64,000 nt of DNA from the IMG/VR virus record IMGVR_UViG_3300044568_002423; one strand, written 5' to 3'. Positions 31,864 to 41,048 of the stretch are shown piece after piece (position 1 is the stretch's first letter; every line of letters begins with the position of its first letter). A program made the position numbers and the translations under genes. This stretch comes from a virus. Under the pieces are notes generated by a model. It worked only from the letters and a program-made list of their open reading frames with translations. It did not search any database and was not told where the DNA came from.

Positions 31864-33033
31864 TTAACTAAATTTAACGTTACCATCAGTGATTGCCACT
31901 TTACCTAAGTAATCGGCGGCATTCCCAAGCGAGCTTGCAGTATTTGATAATTCCACATACCCGTAACGTGTCATAAATGAAACGGTTGGTTCGAATGTAG
32001 AAGGATCTAAAACAACACCACTTGACATCAATGGAATGTAAGGGCAGTAGAAAGCAGCTGCGTCAGATTCTGAACCACCTTTGTATCCAATTAGGACAGC
32101 AGTTGAATCATTAGCATAACTGTTTACATATACTTTCATTGCGTTGTTCAAAGTACCAACGAATTTAGTATTTGTAGGTGCTTCAAAAGTACCTTCTGTA
32201 GTACGAGCAAAAGCTGAAGTAGTAGCAGATTGTAGAATTGTTAAAGCAAAAGGACTAACAACAGCCCAGTTACCAGCTCCACGACGAGTACGTTGTGCAA
32301 TCAAGTTAGAAACACGGTTGATTTGGATAGCCAAAGCAGCATGTTCGTCACCAACGAATGTAGCAGTACCAGAAACGTTAGCTTGGTCATAAGTTTGAGT
32401 AGCTGTACCAGCTAATGAACCTAAAGAAGCCAAGATTTCTTGGTCGATTTCAGCAGTGATTTCTTGAGCCAGAGCAGCCATAATTTCTGCTTCAACGTCA
32501 ATACCTTGTTGTGCTTGAGCATCTTGTGCAGATTCAAAAGTCCAACGAGCTGACAATTTACGAGTTTTTGCTTCAACAGTTTGTTTCAAGATTTGAATTG
32601 ACATTCTGTTACCAGATTGACCTTCCAAAGTTGCAGTTGATGCAGCTTTTCCTGTTGAAGTGTTACCTGAGTAAGCTTCAGCAATTTTGAATGGGCTCAA
32701 CGCTTCTTCACCAGCTACAACACCAGCACTTGCTGATGAATCTGAATAACGAACACGTAAAGTGTGGATTTGGCCAACAGGACCAGTCATTGGTTGTACA
32801 CCAACTAATTCATTAGCGATAACCGTAGGCATCACACGACGAATTACTGGCAAAATAACACGGTTCAAAGTTGCAACGTTGCCTGCAGATGTAGCACCAG
32901 CTGTTGGTGATTCCATCAAATATTTACGAGTGTTTTCTAATGTTACACCCATTACTGATTTTTTAGTGCCTTGTAGACCTTCTAATAGGGCTTCTTTAGT
33001 TTCCGCCCAACGGCCATTAAGTAGTTCTGACAT
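31864..33033 (-). CDS. gp23: T4-like major capsid protein
   Basis: Motifs GVQPMTGPVGQI, VEAKTRKLSARWTFE.AQD, RTRRGAGNW, AFYCPYIPL, DPSTFEP...FMTRYG; AAGGAG RBS. Confidence 0.97.
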   Translation of the reverse strand: MSELLNGRWAETKEALLEGLQGTKKSVMGVTLENTRKYLMESPTAGATSAGNVATLNRVILPVIRRVMPTVIANELVGVQPMTGPVGQIHTLRVRYSDSSASAGVVAGEEALSPFKIAEAYSGNTSTGKAASTATLEGQSGNRMSIQILKQTVEAKTRKLSARWTFESAQDAQAQQGIDVEAEIMAALAQEITAEIDQEILASLGSLAGTATQTYDQANVSGTATFVGDEHAALAIQINRVSNLIAQRTRRGAGNWAVVSPFALTILQSATTSAFARTTEGTFEAPTNTKFVGTLNNAMKVYVNSYANDSTAVLIGYKGGSESDAAAFYCPYIPLMSSGVVLDPSTFEPTVSFMTRYGYVELSNTASSLGNAADYLGKVAITDGNVKFS

Positions 33034-33050
33034 TTAATTTCTCCTTAAAT

Positions 33051-34139
33051 TTAAAGCCCAGCGAGTCTACGAATATCAAAAATATTTGATTCCGCTTCGC
33101 TGCTACGAGTAGTTTTGGAAATTTTGTTTCCAGTTATTTCTTTAGCTTCGACAAGTGTTTGCCTCTTTTGAGGGGCTTTTCCAGCAACCACTGCTGGTAG
33201 ATACTTTTCGAAACTTTCATTGAGTTTTGAGGTCTTTACGCTCTCCATCAATTCACCCATAATTGAACGTTGCTCTGCGTTTAACGGAGATAATAGTTCG
33301 CCCATGATTTCTTTTCTTTCTTGTACTGCTTTCAAAGAACGGATTTCTGCTTGTTTACTTTCTAATATTTGTTCTGCCTTAACAACTGCTTGAGCTGCTT
33401 CTTGCATGGCCAAATCTTTCATGTCTATGACTCTGAGTAATTTAGCAGTTTCCGATTTTTCGTTTAAGTAACTAGCTTGGAATTCTGAAGCAAATGCTTC
33501 AAATAACTTACGTCCAAACTCAGAACGACGAGCAGCTTCGATGTCTTCTTTAAGAGCTGTAATTTCAGACCGTAGTCCTTTATTAACAACACTTTCAACC
33601 ATTGCAGCAGCACGCTGTACAAATTGTTCTTTTACTTTATTGATTTCCTTTCGACCTTCACGAATTAGACGAACTTTAGTTTCGGCTAAGTCTTCTTTGT
33701 CTTTGTAAAACTCTGTAATTTCTTGAGCGAGAGCTTCAACTACGAAATTTTCCAGTGTGCCAAATTTACCTGCCATTTGAACTTGATCTTCATGCAATTC
33801 TTTTACTTCAGCAGCTAACTGACGTGTTACGAATGATTTCATAACTTCAGCACTTTCTGAAATTTTTCTAGCATATTTAACTTTCATTTCTGCTAATTGC
33901 TTACGATCGTCGGCAAACTCGCCAATTTCACTAGCTAGTTGCTCAGAGATCATGCGATCTACTGCTTCAACCATAGTGTTTTTGTCGTGTTCGTATTTTT
34001 GAGCAAACTCTTCACGTAATTGTGTCGCAACTTGTTGACGGTTCTCGTTTACACGAGTGTCCCATGCTGCTTCAATTGACTCCTTGATCTCTCCTGAAAT
34101 CACATTGTTTTCAAATAACTTATTTAATGCTTCCAACAT
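33051..34139 (-). CDS. gp22: Prohead core scaffold protein
   Basis: Glu/Lys-rich coiled-coil sequence lying between gp21 and gp23. Confidence 0.8.
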   Translation of the reverse strand: MLEALNKLFENNVISGEIKESIEAAWDTRVNENRQQVATQLREEFAQKYEHDKNTMVEAVDRMISEQLASEIGEFADDRKQLAEMKVKYARKISESAEVMKSFVTRQLAAEVKELHEDQVQMAGKFGTLENFVVEALAQEITEFYKDKEDLAETKVRLIREGRKEINKVKEQFVQRAAAMVESVVNKGLRSEITALKEDIEAARRSEFGRKLFEAFASEFQASYLNEKSETAKLLRVIDMKDLAMQEAAQAVVKAEQILESKQAEIRSLKAVQERKEIMGELLSPLNAEQRSIMGELMESVKTSKLNESFEKYLPAVVAGKAPQKRQTLVEAKEITGNKISKTTRSSEAESNIFDIRRLAGL

Positions 34140-34154
34140 GTGTGATTCTCCTTA

Positions 34155-34781
34155 TTATTGGAGGTTACTTATTATTCCTAATAAGTTCTCTTTGAGATAT
34201 TTTTGTGCCTTTGGATCACCCTTGACCTCTTCCGCTATGCGTAAAGTATTATGTCCACCACGAGTATTCATTAGGTGTTCATAAATCGGTGTTGGATATG
34301 CTCCGGGCGCACTTGGTTGAGCTACCATATCTACTGTGATAATCTCAAAATCTGATACTTCATTAGAACCGTCACTACTGACGTTTCCAGATCCTCTAGA
34401 GGAGACACCTAATTTAACTCCGCTTTCCAACATTGTTTTAATTAGTTGTCCCATAGGGGTTGGTAAAATTTTCAATTTACCATAACCATTAGGCCCATCC
34501 ATCCACATATTTGTGATCATATGTGACACACGGTCCAGGTTAATTTTTAGATCATCGGGATGATCCACTTCTCCGAGAACTGAATAACCGTTTTGAATCT
34601 GATCGTTAAGGGTCTTAACAGCCTTGCCAATCTCATTAACAGGGTAAACACGCTGATTAGCGTTGCGGATACCACCCTGTATACAAATACCACTCATATA
34701 CAGGCTCTTCCCATCTTTGTCATCAGATTCAACGATCATGTTTGCTTCGTTAAAACTGAGATGTTCGCGGAGATATAGCAT
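34155..34781 (-). CDS. gp21: Prohead protease
   Basis: N.N.RVYP, LGEVDHP, LGVSSRGSG and D.V.QPSAP.AY motifs of the T4 gp21 family. Confidence 0.95.
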   Translation of the reverse strand: MLYLREHLSFNEANMIVESDDKDGKSLYMSGICIQGGIRNANQRVYPVNEIGKAVKTLNDQIQNGYSVLGEVDHPDDLKINLDRVSHMITNMWMDGPNGYGKLKILPTPMGQLIKTMLESGVKLGVSSRGSGNVSSDGSNEVSDFEIITVDMVAQPSAPGAYPTPIYEHLMNTRGGHNTLRIAEEVKGDPKAQKYLKENLLGIISNLQ

Positions 34782-34784
34782 TTC

Positions 34785-35627
34785 TTATTTGCTACCTATT
34801 GTACTTTTTTTGTTTTGTGCAGAATCAGCGCCCGCTTTTTTCATTGGTTGTTGTGAAGTATTTGATAATTTAGTTGCTGATTTAGCACCAGGAACATTCA
34901 CATTACCACCAGTTTGTGGTTGAGTACTTGGAGCAGCTAAGCCACCTTGTGTACCACCAGTTTGTGTTGAAAAGCTTTTTGCGATATTTGCTGTTGTGCC
35001 GCCCATATCATTTTTACCAGCAATAGAACTTCTAGTGTTTACGCCATTGTCACCATGCTTTGGTAAAGCAACTTTGTTTACATATTCCATGAATTGGTCA
35101 AATTCGTCGTCAGCTTTGTCGCCATCATGATGATAGTGATGAATAGCTTTTTCTTTAACTTCTTCTTCATCGTCACCAAGTTCAGCACCAAATTCATCTT
35201 CTTCTTCGCCGCCAAATTCGTCTTCTTCGCCGCCAAACATATCAGCATGCTCTGGTTCATTTTCTTCACCAGCCATCAATTCTTCAAATTCTTGTTTCAA
35301 TTCTTCTAACGCATCTTCTAAATCAAGAACGCGGTCTTCTAAATCACCTTCGTCTTCTTCATCTTCTTCTTCGTCATCGCCTTCTTCGTCAGAAGCAAAA
35401 GGATTATCAGAAGTTTCTTCTTCATCTTCTTCATCTTCGTCTTCTTCTCCAGCAGGGAACGCTTCTTCTTCCTCCTCTTCAGGAGCTCCAAAGTCTTCTG
35501 CTAATAATTCTTCGTATATTTCACGTGATTTCCCAACAACGATGTTGTGGAAAATTTCTTTTGCTGCTTCTTGATCTTCATTGATCAAAGCTTCAAGCAT
35601 AGCTTCAAATTGTGCTCTATCAGTCAT
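34785..35627 (-). CDS. Highly acidic prohead core protein (gp67/gp68 position)
   Basis: Long Glu/Asp tracts and EEDEFG repeats; between portal and protease; AGGAG RBS. Confidence 0.65.
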   Translation of the reverse strand: MTDRAQFEAMLEALINEDQEAAKEIFHNIVVGKSREIYEELLAEDFGAPEEEEEEAFPAGEEDEDEEDEEETSDNPFASDEEGDDEEEDEEDEGDLEDRVLDLEDALEELKQEFEELMAGEENEPEHADMFGGEEDEFGGEEEDEFGAELGDDEEEVKEKAIHHYHHDGDKADDEFDQFMEYVNKVALPKHGDNGVNTRSSIAGKNDMGGTTANIAKSFSTQTGGTQGGLAAPSTQPQTGGNVNVPGAKSATKLSNTSQQPMKKAGADSAQNKKSTIGSK

Positions 35628-35711
35628 GTTAATCTCCTATGATATATTGTAAGGCTGTACTATATTTACACTACTTATCAGAAATAGTGCTCATATAGTG
35701 TAAAAATGCCA

Positions 35712-35753
35712 GTTTTTTACTCAAACGTGTTTTTTACTCAAACGTGTTTTTTA
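35712..35753. repeat. 17-bp tandem repeat GTTTTTTACTCAAACGT, about 2.5 copies
   Basis: Exact copies at 35712-35728 and 35729-35745, partial copy at 35746-35753. Confidence 0.9.
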
Positions 35754-35758
35754 TTTAG

Positions 35759-35995
35759 TTATGCAGGTGCAGCTGGGGTCGCATACATGGAATGAATAAA
35801 TTCCAATTCGCTCTCCTGCTCTAGAATATGTGCTTCACTACTCTTTCTAAGTTCATTAAGTTGCCCTAATGTCAATCTAGTTTTTCTAGTGTCACCCCTA
35901 TGCATGGTGGTAATATCGCGTTCTGGACTATACCGCAAATCATTTGCCACGTTCCTAGTATCTGGATCAATATAAAATAATTCTCTTAAAATCAT
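35759..35995 (-). CDS. Small head-module protein (78 aa, MILRELFYID...)
   Basis: ATG at 35995 follows the portal stop and an ATAAATA motif; the track's longer start overlaps the portal gene. Confidence 0.7.
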   Translation of the reverse strand: MILRELFYIDPDTRNVANDLRYSPERDITTMHRGDTRKTRLTLGQLNELRKSSEAHILEQESELEFIHSMYATPAAPA

Positions 35996-36002
35996 AATGT
36001 AT

Positions 36003-37745
36003 TTATGCCGTTGGTGGAATTGCCGGCGAAGCAGCACCAGGCATCGCACCAGCAGCGCCTTCCATTCCAGTAATGTCACCTTCCATATCATCTGGAGCTG
36101 ACATATCACCAGCCATGCCAAGATCACCTTCTATGCCGGCAGCTGATAATCCAGCACTACGTAATTCACCGGCGGCATCAGTATGGGTTGCTTGTCCTTG
36201 TCCATTCTCTTCAGCCCATAATTGTTCATTCTCTGCTAATTCATCATCCGTTAATCCTAAAAATCTCTTTAACGCAAACCTATTGCTCATGAATGGAACT
36301 GCCTGAATGGTACTGAATGTGTTAATACGCTCACTGTCCAATGTACTTTGACGAGTACTAGCAAAGTTCATCGGTGGATTAAAGTTAATTTCAAATAAGT
36401 TGGCATCAATATTAACGCCACGTGAATTCATGAATAATTTAAATTCTGAATCGAATACTTCGGTCATTAACCATTGTAATCTCTCACAATACTTATTAAA
36501 TCTTAATTCCTGTATATATGCTGTGCCAACTCGCCCATCGTTAAAACTTGCTTGACTATCATCAGCACCAGTTGGCAAATAAGAACTAGGTATACGTAAT
36601 CCACGAAATAATTTATTGGTAAAGTATTTTAAATCATCAATCTCACCAAGATTAGTTCCACCTGGCAACACATCAACTTTACTACCACGTCCATCAGCAG
36701 TCATAGGAAAGAAGTAATCTTCATTAATAGATAGAGGATTGTAGGCAGAGTCGATAACATTTTGTCCGCCACCAGATTGACTTGGTATCCTTCGTTGATG
36801 TATCTCATTCTTTACACGTTCAACAAACGCCATAGCCATATGACTTGGCATATTACCGACATCAATATGAAATACACGACGCTCGGGAGCTCTTTGTATA
36901 CGATATATCAATATAGCATCTTCTAGTAATTCTTTCTGTTTATAAACTTTAAAAACATTTTCCAATAAGCTGTTACCAAATGGATAATTGTTATCCAATC
37001 CTTCCGATAATGATAAGTGAACCACATGTTCAGCATCTATGGCATGTTCTGTTTCAGATAATCCAAAACGACTGCCAGAGCTACTACTTGGATATGGTCC
37101 AGATGCTCCACTTTGTGAACTTTGTGAACCCATAGCGCCAGCACCTGATGTCATTCCACCACGAGATTGTCTAGGATTAATGTTAGGAGTAATTTGTGTA
37201 ACTACTAAATTTTCAAAGTTAGGAGCAAGATCTTTTATAATATATTGTTCAGGTTTCTTTCCATCACTTTCATTTACTATAATTTTCACAATCTTACTTG
37301 GGTCAACCCAACTTAGTTTTTGTGTTTCCGGATCTCTTACAAAAAAAGCATCACCATATTTGTATACATTCCTGACAATTCTAAAAATTCTTGTATCAAA
37401 TTGCTGTAATTTATTCCATTGTTGTAGATATTCACCTAGTATTCTTACTTCTGAATTAGTAGCTTTACTTCTCCATTTAACAGTAAATGGACTTTTACCA
37501 TCTTTTAATTTCTGTGTACAAAATTCTGCCAAAATATCCAATGCTGCGTTTACTTCTGGATCACTATCCATAACTTCATATTGTTGATATCTTTCAATTC
37601 GATTTGGACTGCCGGTATATACATCAGGCAAATAGCTGGAGTAATTTGTTCTCGCAGGACCTGCTTTTGAAACATTGTTATTGCCAGATATAGGACTAGA
37701 ATCATTACCTGTTTGAACAGGTGTGAAATATTTACGCCATGTCAT
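36003..37745 (-). CDS. gp20: Portal protein
   Basis: LLEDAILIYRIQRAPERRVFHIDVGNMP, EDYFFP...GRGS.V..LPGG.NLGEIDD..YF..KLF..L.IP.S motifs. Confidence 0.96.
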   Translation of the reverse strand: MTWRKYFTPVQTGNDSSPISGNNNVSKAGPARTNYSSYLPDVYTGSPNRIERYQQYEVMDSDPEVNAALDILAEFCTQKLKDGKSPFTVKWRSKATNSEVRILGEYLQQWNKLQQFDTRIFRIVRNVYKYGDAFFVRDPETQKLSWVDPSKIVKIIVNESDGKKPEQYIIKDLAPNFENLVVTQITPNINPRQSRGGMTSGAGAMGSQSSQSGASGPYPSSSSGSRFGLSETEHAIDAEHVVHLSLSEGLDNNYPFGNSLLENVFKVYKQKELLEDAILIYRIQRAPERRVFHIDVGNMPSHMAMAFVERVKNEIHQRRIPSQSGGGQNVIDSAYNPLSINEDYFFPMTADGRGSKVDVLPGGTNLGEIDDLKYFTNKLFRGLRIPSSYLPTGADDSQASFNDGRVGTAYIQELRFNKYCERLQWLMTEVFDSEFKLFMNSRGVNIDANLFEINFNPPMNFASTRQSTLDSERINTFSTIQAVPFMSNRFALKRFLGLTDDELAENEQLWAEENGQGQATHTDAAGELRSAGLSAAGIEGDLGMAGDMSAPDDMEGDITGMEGAAGAMPGAASPAIPPTA

Positions 37746-37813
37746 ATAGATTCTCCCGCATTTTGCTTTGTTGATTTAAATAAAAGTGTATGTTAAGCAT
37801 TATATGTAGATCC

Positions 37814-39940
37814 TTATCTAGTATTCATGTTTGGTGACAATTGTTTAGTAGCTCTAACTTGTTTAGATGTCATGTGCATTGTCTCTGTTGTATTACTTAT
37901 CAATTGAGACATTTGTTTATTCAACTTTTCTAATTGATCGTTTAAATCATCCATTGTCATCTTTGCCTTTGGAAATTCATCATTGGGTGCTTCTTTAGGA
38001 GCCAATTCCTGGTCATTTCTAGGAGATTGTGGGGGAGGTGGCGGCGGAACCATCACACTTGAATTAACCTTTAATGTATCCGCAATACCACTCATGTGTT
38101 TTGTCAATCCACTATCCACAGATGGCTCTGGCGTCATTTGATCAGTGAGATTTAAGCTACCAAATAATTTACTTATTATGTCAGTTGGTTCAGGACTTTC
38201 GGTTGGTGGCATCATATCATTGATAAATTCCCCCATCTTATTAAATGGAACAATGGCTTCATTTGGGTCAACCATCACTTTTTCACGTGGCTTAAAATCA
38301 CCAAACCAACTTCCTAAAACATCCTTGGTGCCGTTAGCAAATGGTCCTCTTATTTTTTCTGCTTCTTCTGTACCAGTTGATGGCCCAGACTTTAAGTAAT
38401 CAACTGCAGCAGTGCCGATTTTGATAACATCAACTGCCATTTCTCCTACTTTTGCTTTTGCTACTGCGGAGAACTTTTCTGGATCCGAAAAACCAAGTCT
38501 TATTGCATCACCGACTTGTGTGGCAATTGATCTATCAAGTTGTGAGGTAATCTCTCCTGTCTTTTCATCTGTCTTTACATTTGCTGTGGCCTCAATGCCA
38601 GTTTTAACTATCGCTTGGGCGCCGACAAAATCATTAAGTCTCCCAAGTTCCCTATAAATACCAGCTTCTTGGTCGGCTATTCTATTTGCAGCTTGTGTCA
38701 TAAGTTGAGTAGTTTTCGCTCCAGCAACATCCTCCCCTTTTATGTTTTTTGATTCTTGTTCCTGCTTAACTCGTTTAGCTAAAATCTCAGCAGCCTCGGC
38801 TTCATTTATGATCTTGCCATTCTTCTTGCCTTCTTCCTGTATTGCTGCCATATCAGCTTGTTGTTTCTTCAATCCCTCGGCATAATTGAGAGTTTTATTT
38901 GCAATTTGTCCGGCCGCATCAGAAACTGGACCCAATCCAGTTTTTACAAGGTTTCTAAAACTTTCTTCAGTTGTACGAGCGGCAACAGCTGCTTGTGCAT
39001 CTGCTAACATTTTTTTAGCAGCGGCGCGTTCTCCCTCTGTAGTGGCGTTCTTGGTTGCTTTCACGGCAGCTTCCAATTGCGTCCCGGCGGGTCCTAACGC
39101 ATTTTGTATTTCTATCGCTTCTTTAGTTTTAGCCTGTCCGGAATATAACACATCAGTAAATTCATTTAATCCCAACCCAGTCATTTGAGCATTCATTTCA
39201 TTATATGCGTCACGTTGTTTCTCACCACCAGCAGCAACAGCATCTTCAATGGCCAATCGAACTCTGGCATTGGTTTTAGATTTTTCCAACGCATCCATTT
39301 GTTCTTTACGACTAACTCCAGTAAGTTTGGCAACTTTATCCATCTCCTGTGCCAAATCACTAGTAGCTTGAAATGCCTGCGTTCTTGATTGGACATCATT
39401 TATGTCAAATTTACGTCTGCCCTGCATACTAAGAGCTAATACTTCATTATATTCAGCAGTAGTGTATCCCATATTACGAAGTTGATCGGCAGCTTTGGTA
39501 TTAGAAAAATCAGTCGATGCCGCAGCAAACACTTTAGCACTGTCAGACATCGTGCCACCCAATGCTGTAAAGCCAGTACTAGTTCTCGATATGGCTTGAC
39601 CAAATTGCTCGGTCCCCATTCTGGTTTGTGCTATTGCGGTCCTATATCCAATCGCATCATTATTAAAACTGATGCCAATCTTTCCAGCATTTTGCCAAGG
39701 TTCAAGATTTTGATTAATGGCAGACGAAATACCAGTTACCCCATTACTAATAAGGCTAGCGGCATTTGAAAGAACTGATTTGGTAGATGAAAGTCCCTCT
39801 GACATTACACTACCACCGGAAGTAGAACCCCCGCCAGTCATTGGATTAATATTTTTTCCAAAACCAGAAATAGCACCCGACAACGTACTTGCTTGTTCTC
39901 GCAATAAATCCCTCATTACCTCTGCTGTTAAGTCTGACAT
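37814..39940 (-). CDS. Tape-measure-like / tail length protein (708 aa)
   Basis: Ala/Gln/Lys-rich helical sequence; late promoter; next to the hub-chaperone genes and portal. Confidence 0.55.
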   Translation of the reverse strand: MSDLTAEVMRDLLREQASTLSGAISGFGKNINPMTGGGSTSGGSVMSEGLSSTKSVLSNAASLISNGVTGISSAINQNLEPWQNAGKIGISFNNDAIGYRTAIAQTRMGTEQFGQAISRTSTGFTALGGTMSDSAKVFAAASTDFSNTKAADQLRNMGYTTAEYNEVLALSMQGRRKFDINDVQSRTQAFQATSDLAQEMDKVAKLTGVSRKEQMDALEKSKTNARVRLAIEDAVAAGGEKQRDAYNEMNAQMTGLGLNEFTDVLYSGQAKTKEAIEIQNALGPAGTQLEAAVKATKNATTEGERAAAKKMLADAQAAVAARTTEESFRNLVKTGLGPVSDAAGQIANKTLNYAEGLKKQQADMAAIQEEGKKNGKIINEAEAAEILAKRVKQEQESKNIKGEDVAGAKTTQLMTQAANRIADQEAGIYRELGRLNDFVGAQAIVKTGIEATANVKTDEKTGEITSQLDRSIATQVGDAIRLGFSDPEKFSAVAKAKVGEMAVDVIKIGTAAVDYLKSGPSTGTEEAEKIRGPFANGTKDVLGSWFGDFKPREKVMVDPNEAIVPFNKMGEFINDMMPPTESPEPTDIISKLFGSLNLTDQMTPEPSVDSGLTKHMSGIADTLKVNSSVMVPPPPPPQSPRNDQELAPKEAPNDEFPKAKMTMDDLNDQLEKLNKQMSQLISNTTETMHMTSKQVRATKQLSPNMNTR

Positions 39941-39963
39941 AAAAAAACTCCAAAAATGTATGG

Positions 39964-39971
39964 TATAAATA
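39964..39971 (+). promoter_or_regulatory. T4-type late promoter TATAAATA for the gp26-like gene
   Basis: Exact consensus 28 nt upstream of ATG 40000. Confidence 0.8.
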
Positions 39972-39980
39972 CTCTTACTA

Positions 39981-39988
39981 TATTTATA
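39981..39988 (-). promoter_or_regulatory. T4-type late promoter TATAAATA for the tape-measure/portal unit
   Basis: Exact consensus on the minus strand 40 nt upstream of ATG 39940. Confidence 0.8.
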
Positions 39989-39999
39989 CGGAGTTAACT

Positions 40000-40827
40000 A
40001 TGGGAAACAACCCTTTACAACAATATTTTAGACAACCGAAGATCTTTTTGAAATTACCATCACTGGGGATGTACAATGACCCAGCTACTATTCAGGGAAA
40101 CGTGGAGAGTTTGCCAATATTTGGTATGACTGGTATGGATCAGGTTATCGTAAAAACACCAGATGCCCTTATTAGTGGGGAAAGTACAGTAAAGGTCATC
40201 GAAAGCTGCTGCCCTAGTGTTAAAGATGCGTGGAAGATAACAAGTATTGACATAGATAGTATTTTAGTTGCGATTAGAATAGCAACATATGGAAATAATT
40301 ATGGAATACAACACACTTGTACAGAATGTGGTAGTCAACATGAATATGATATCGATTTGGGAAGATTTATAACTCACTTTAGTAATTGCGTATATGATTC
40401 AAAAATAATGATAGGAGATTTGATCATTAGAATTAGACCATTGGAGTATAAACAAGCAACTGAATTCAATCTAGCAAACTTTGGTTTACAAAAACAACTC
40501 ATGCAATTAAATGATCTCGAAGATGCTGAATTGAAGAAGTCTATCATATCGACTATATTCAATGATTTGGGTATTTTACAGAATAAAATATTTCTAGCTG
40601 GTATTGAGAGCATTGAAACACCAACCGCACAAGTAACTGAGTGGACATTTATAAAAGAATGGTTGGAAAATTGCGGAAGTGAAATAGCCGATGCGTTAAA
40701 ATTACAATTTGAAAAGAATACTAAAGCCTGGATGGTTCCGCCATCTACAATCAAGTGCACTGATTGTGGACATACAGAAGAGGTACATGTAGAATTAGAT
40801 CAATCAAATTTTTTCGTAAAAGCCTAA
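40000..40827 (+). CDS. gp26: Baseplate hub assembly protein, gp26-like
   Basis: LKLPS.G, D...ILVAIRIATYG, CxxC pairs (CTECG, CTDCG) and terminal NFF typical of T4-like gp26 proteins. Confidence 0.7.
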   Translation: MGNNPLQQYFRQPKIFLKLPSLGMYNDPATIQGNVESLPIFGMTGMDQVIVKTPDALISGESTVKVIESCCPSVKDAWKITSIDIDSILVAIRIATYGNNYGIQHTCTECGSQHEYDIDLGRFITHFSNCVYDSKIMIGDLIIRIRPLEYKQATEFNLANFGLQKQLMQLNDLEDAELKKSIISTIFNDLGILQNKIFLAGIESIETPTAQVTEWTFIKEWLENCGSEIADALKLQFEKNTKAWMVPPSTIKCTDCGHTEEVHVELDQSNFFVKA

Positions 40828-40832
40828 TAAGA

Positions 40833-41048
40833 ATGACAGAATTAGAGATAGAAGAATATCTTATTAGGCTAGATGATGAAGTTTCTCAGTTTAAAGAAGA
40901 GCTGTTTAGAATAAGCTGGTATATGAGAGGTGGGGTAAACATAAATGATCTGTTTCACACCTACACGTATGATGATATTACCATAATGTCAAAAATAATT
41001 AAAGAAAATATAGAATTAACACAAGAAACTAGAATACCATTACTTTAA
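40833..41048 (+). CDS. Small gp51-like hub assembly protein (71 aa from ATG), possibly made as a -1 frameshift extension of gp26
   Basis: Follows the gp26-like gene; its frame stays open back through the TTTTTTC site; poor RBS before ATG 40833. Confidence 0.6.
   Translation: MTELEIEEYLIRLDDEVSQFKEELFRISWYMRGGVNINDLFHTYTYDDITIMSKIIKENIELTQETRIPLL

Noticed and set aside
35712-35753. Possible mini-CRISPR array
   Set aside because: The repeats are contiguous with no spacers and only 17 bp long; there are no cas genes.
35996-36127. Extended 122-aa start for the ORF ending at 35759
   Set aside because: It overlaps the portal C-terminus; ATG 35995 after the ATAAATA motif is more plausible.
190-39968. 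Many short plus-strand ORFs (60-180 aa) opposite the large minus-strand genes
   Set aside because: They are antisense shadows of codon-biased genes, with no RBS, promoter or recognisable motif.
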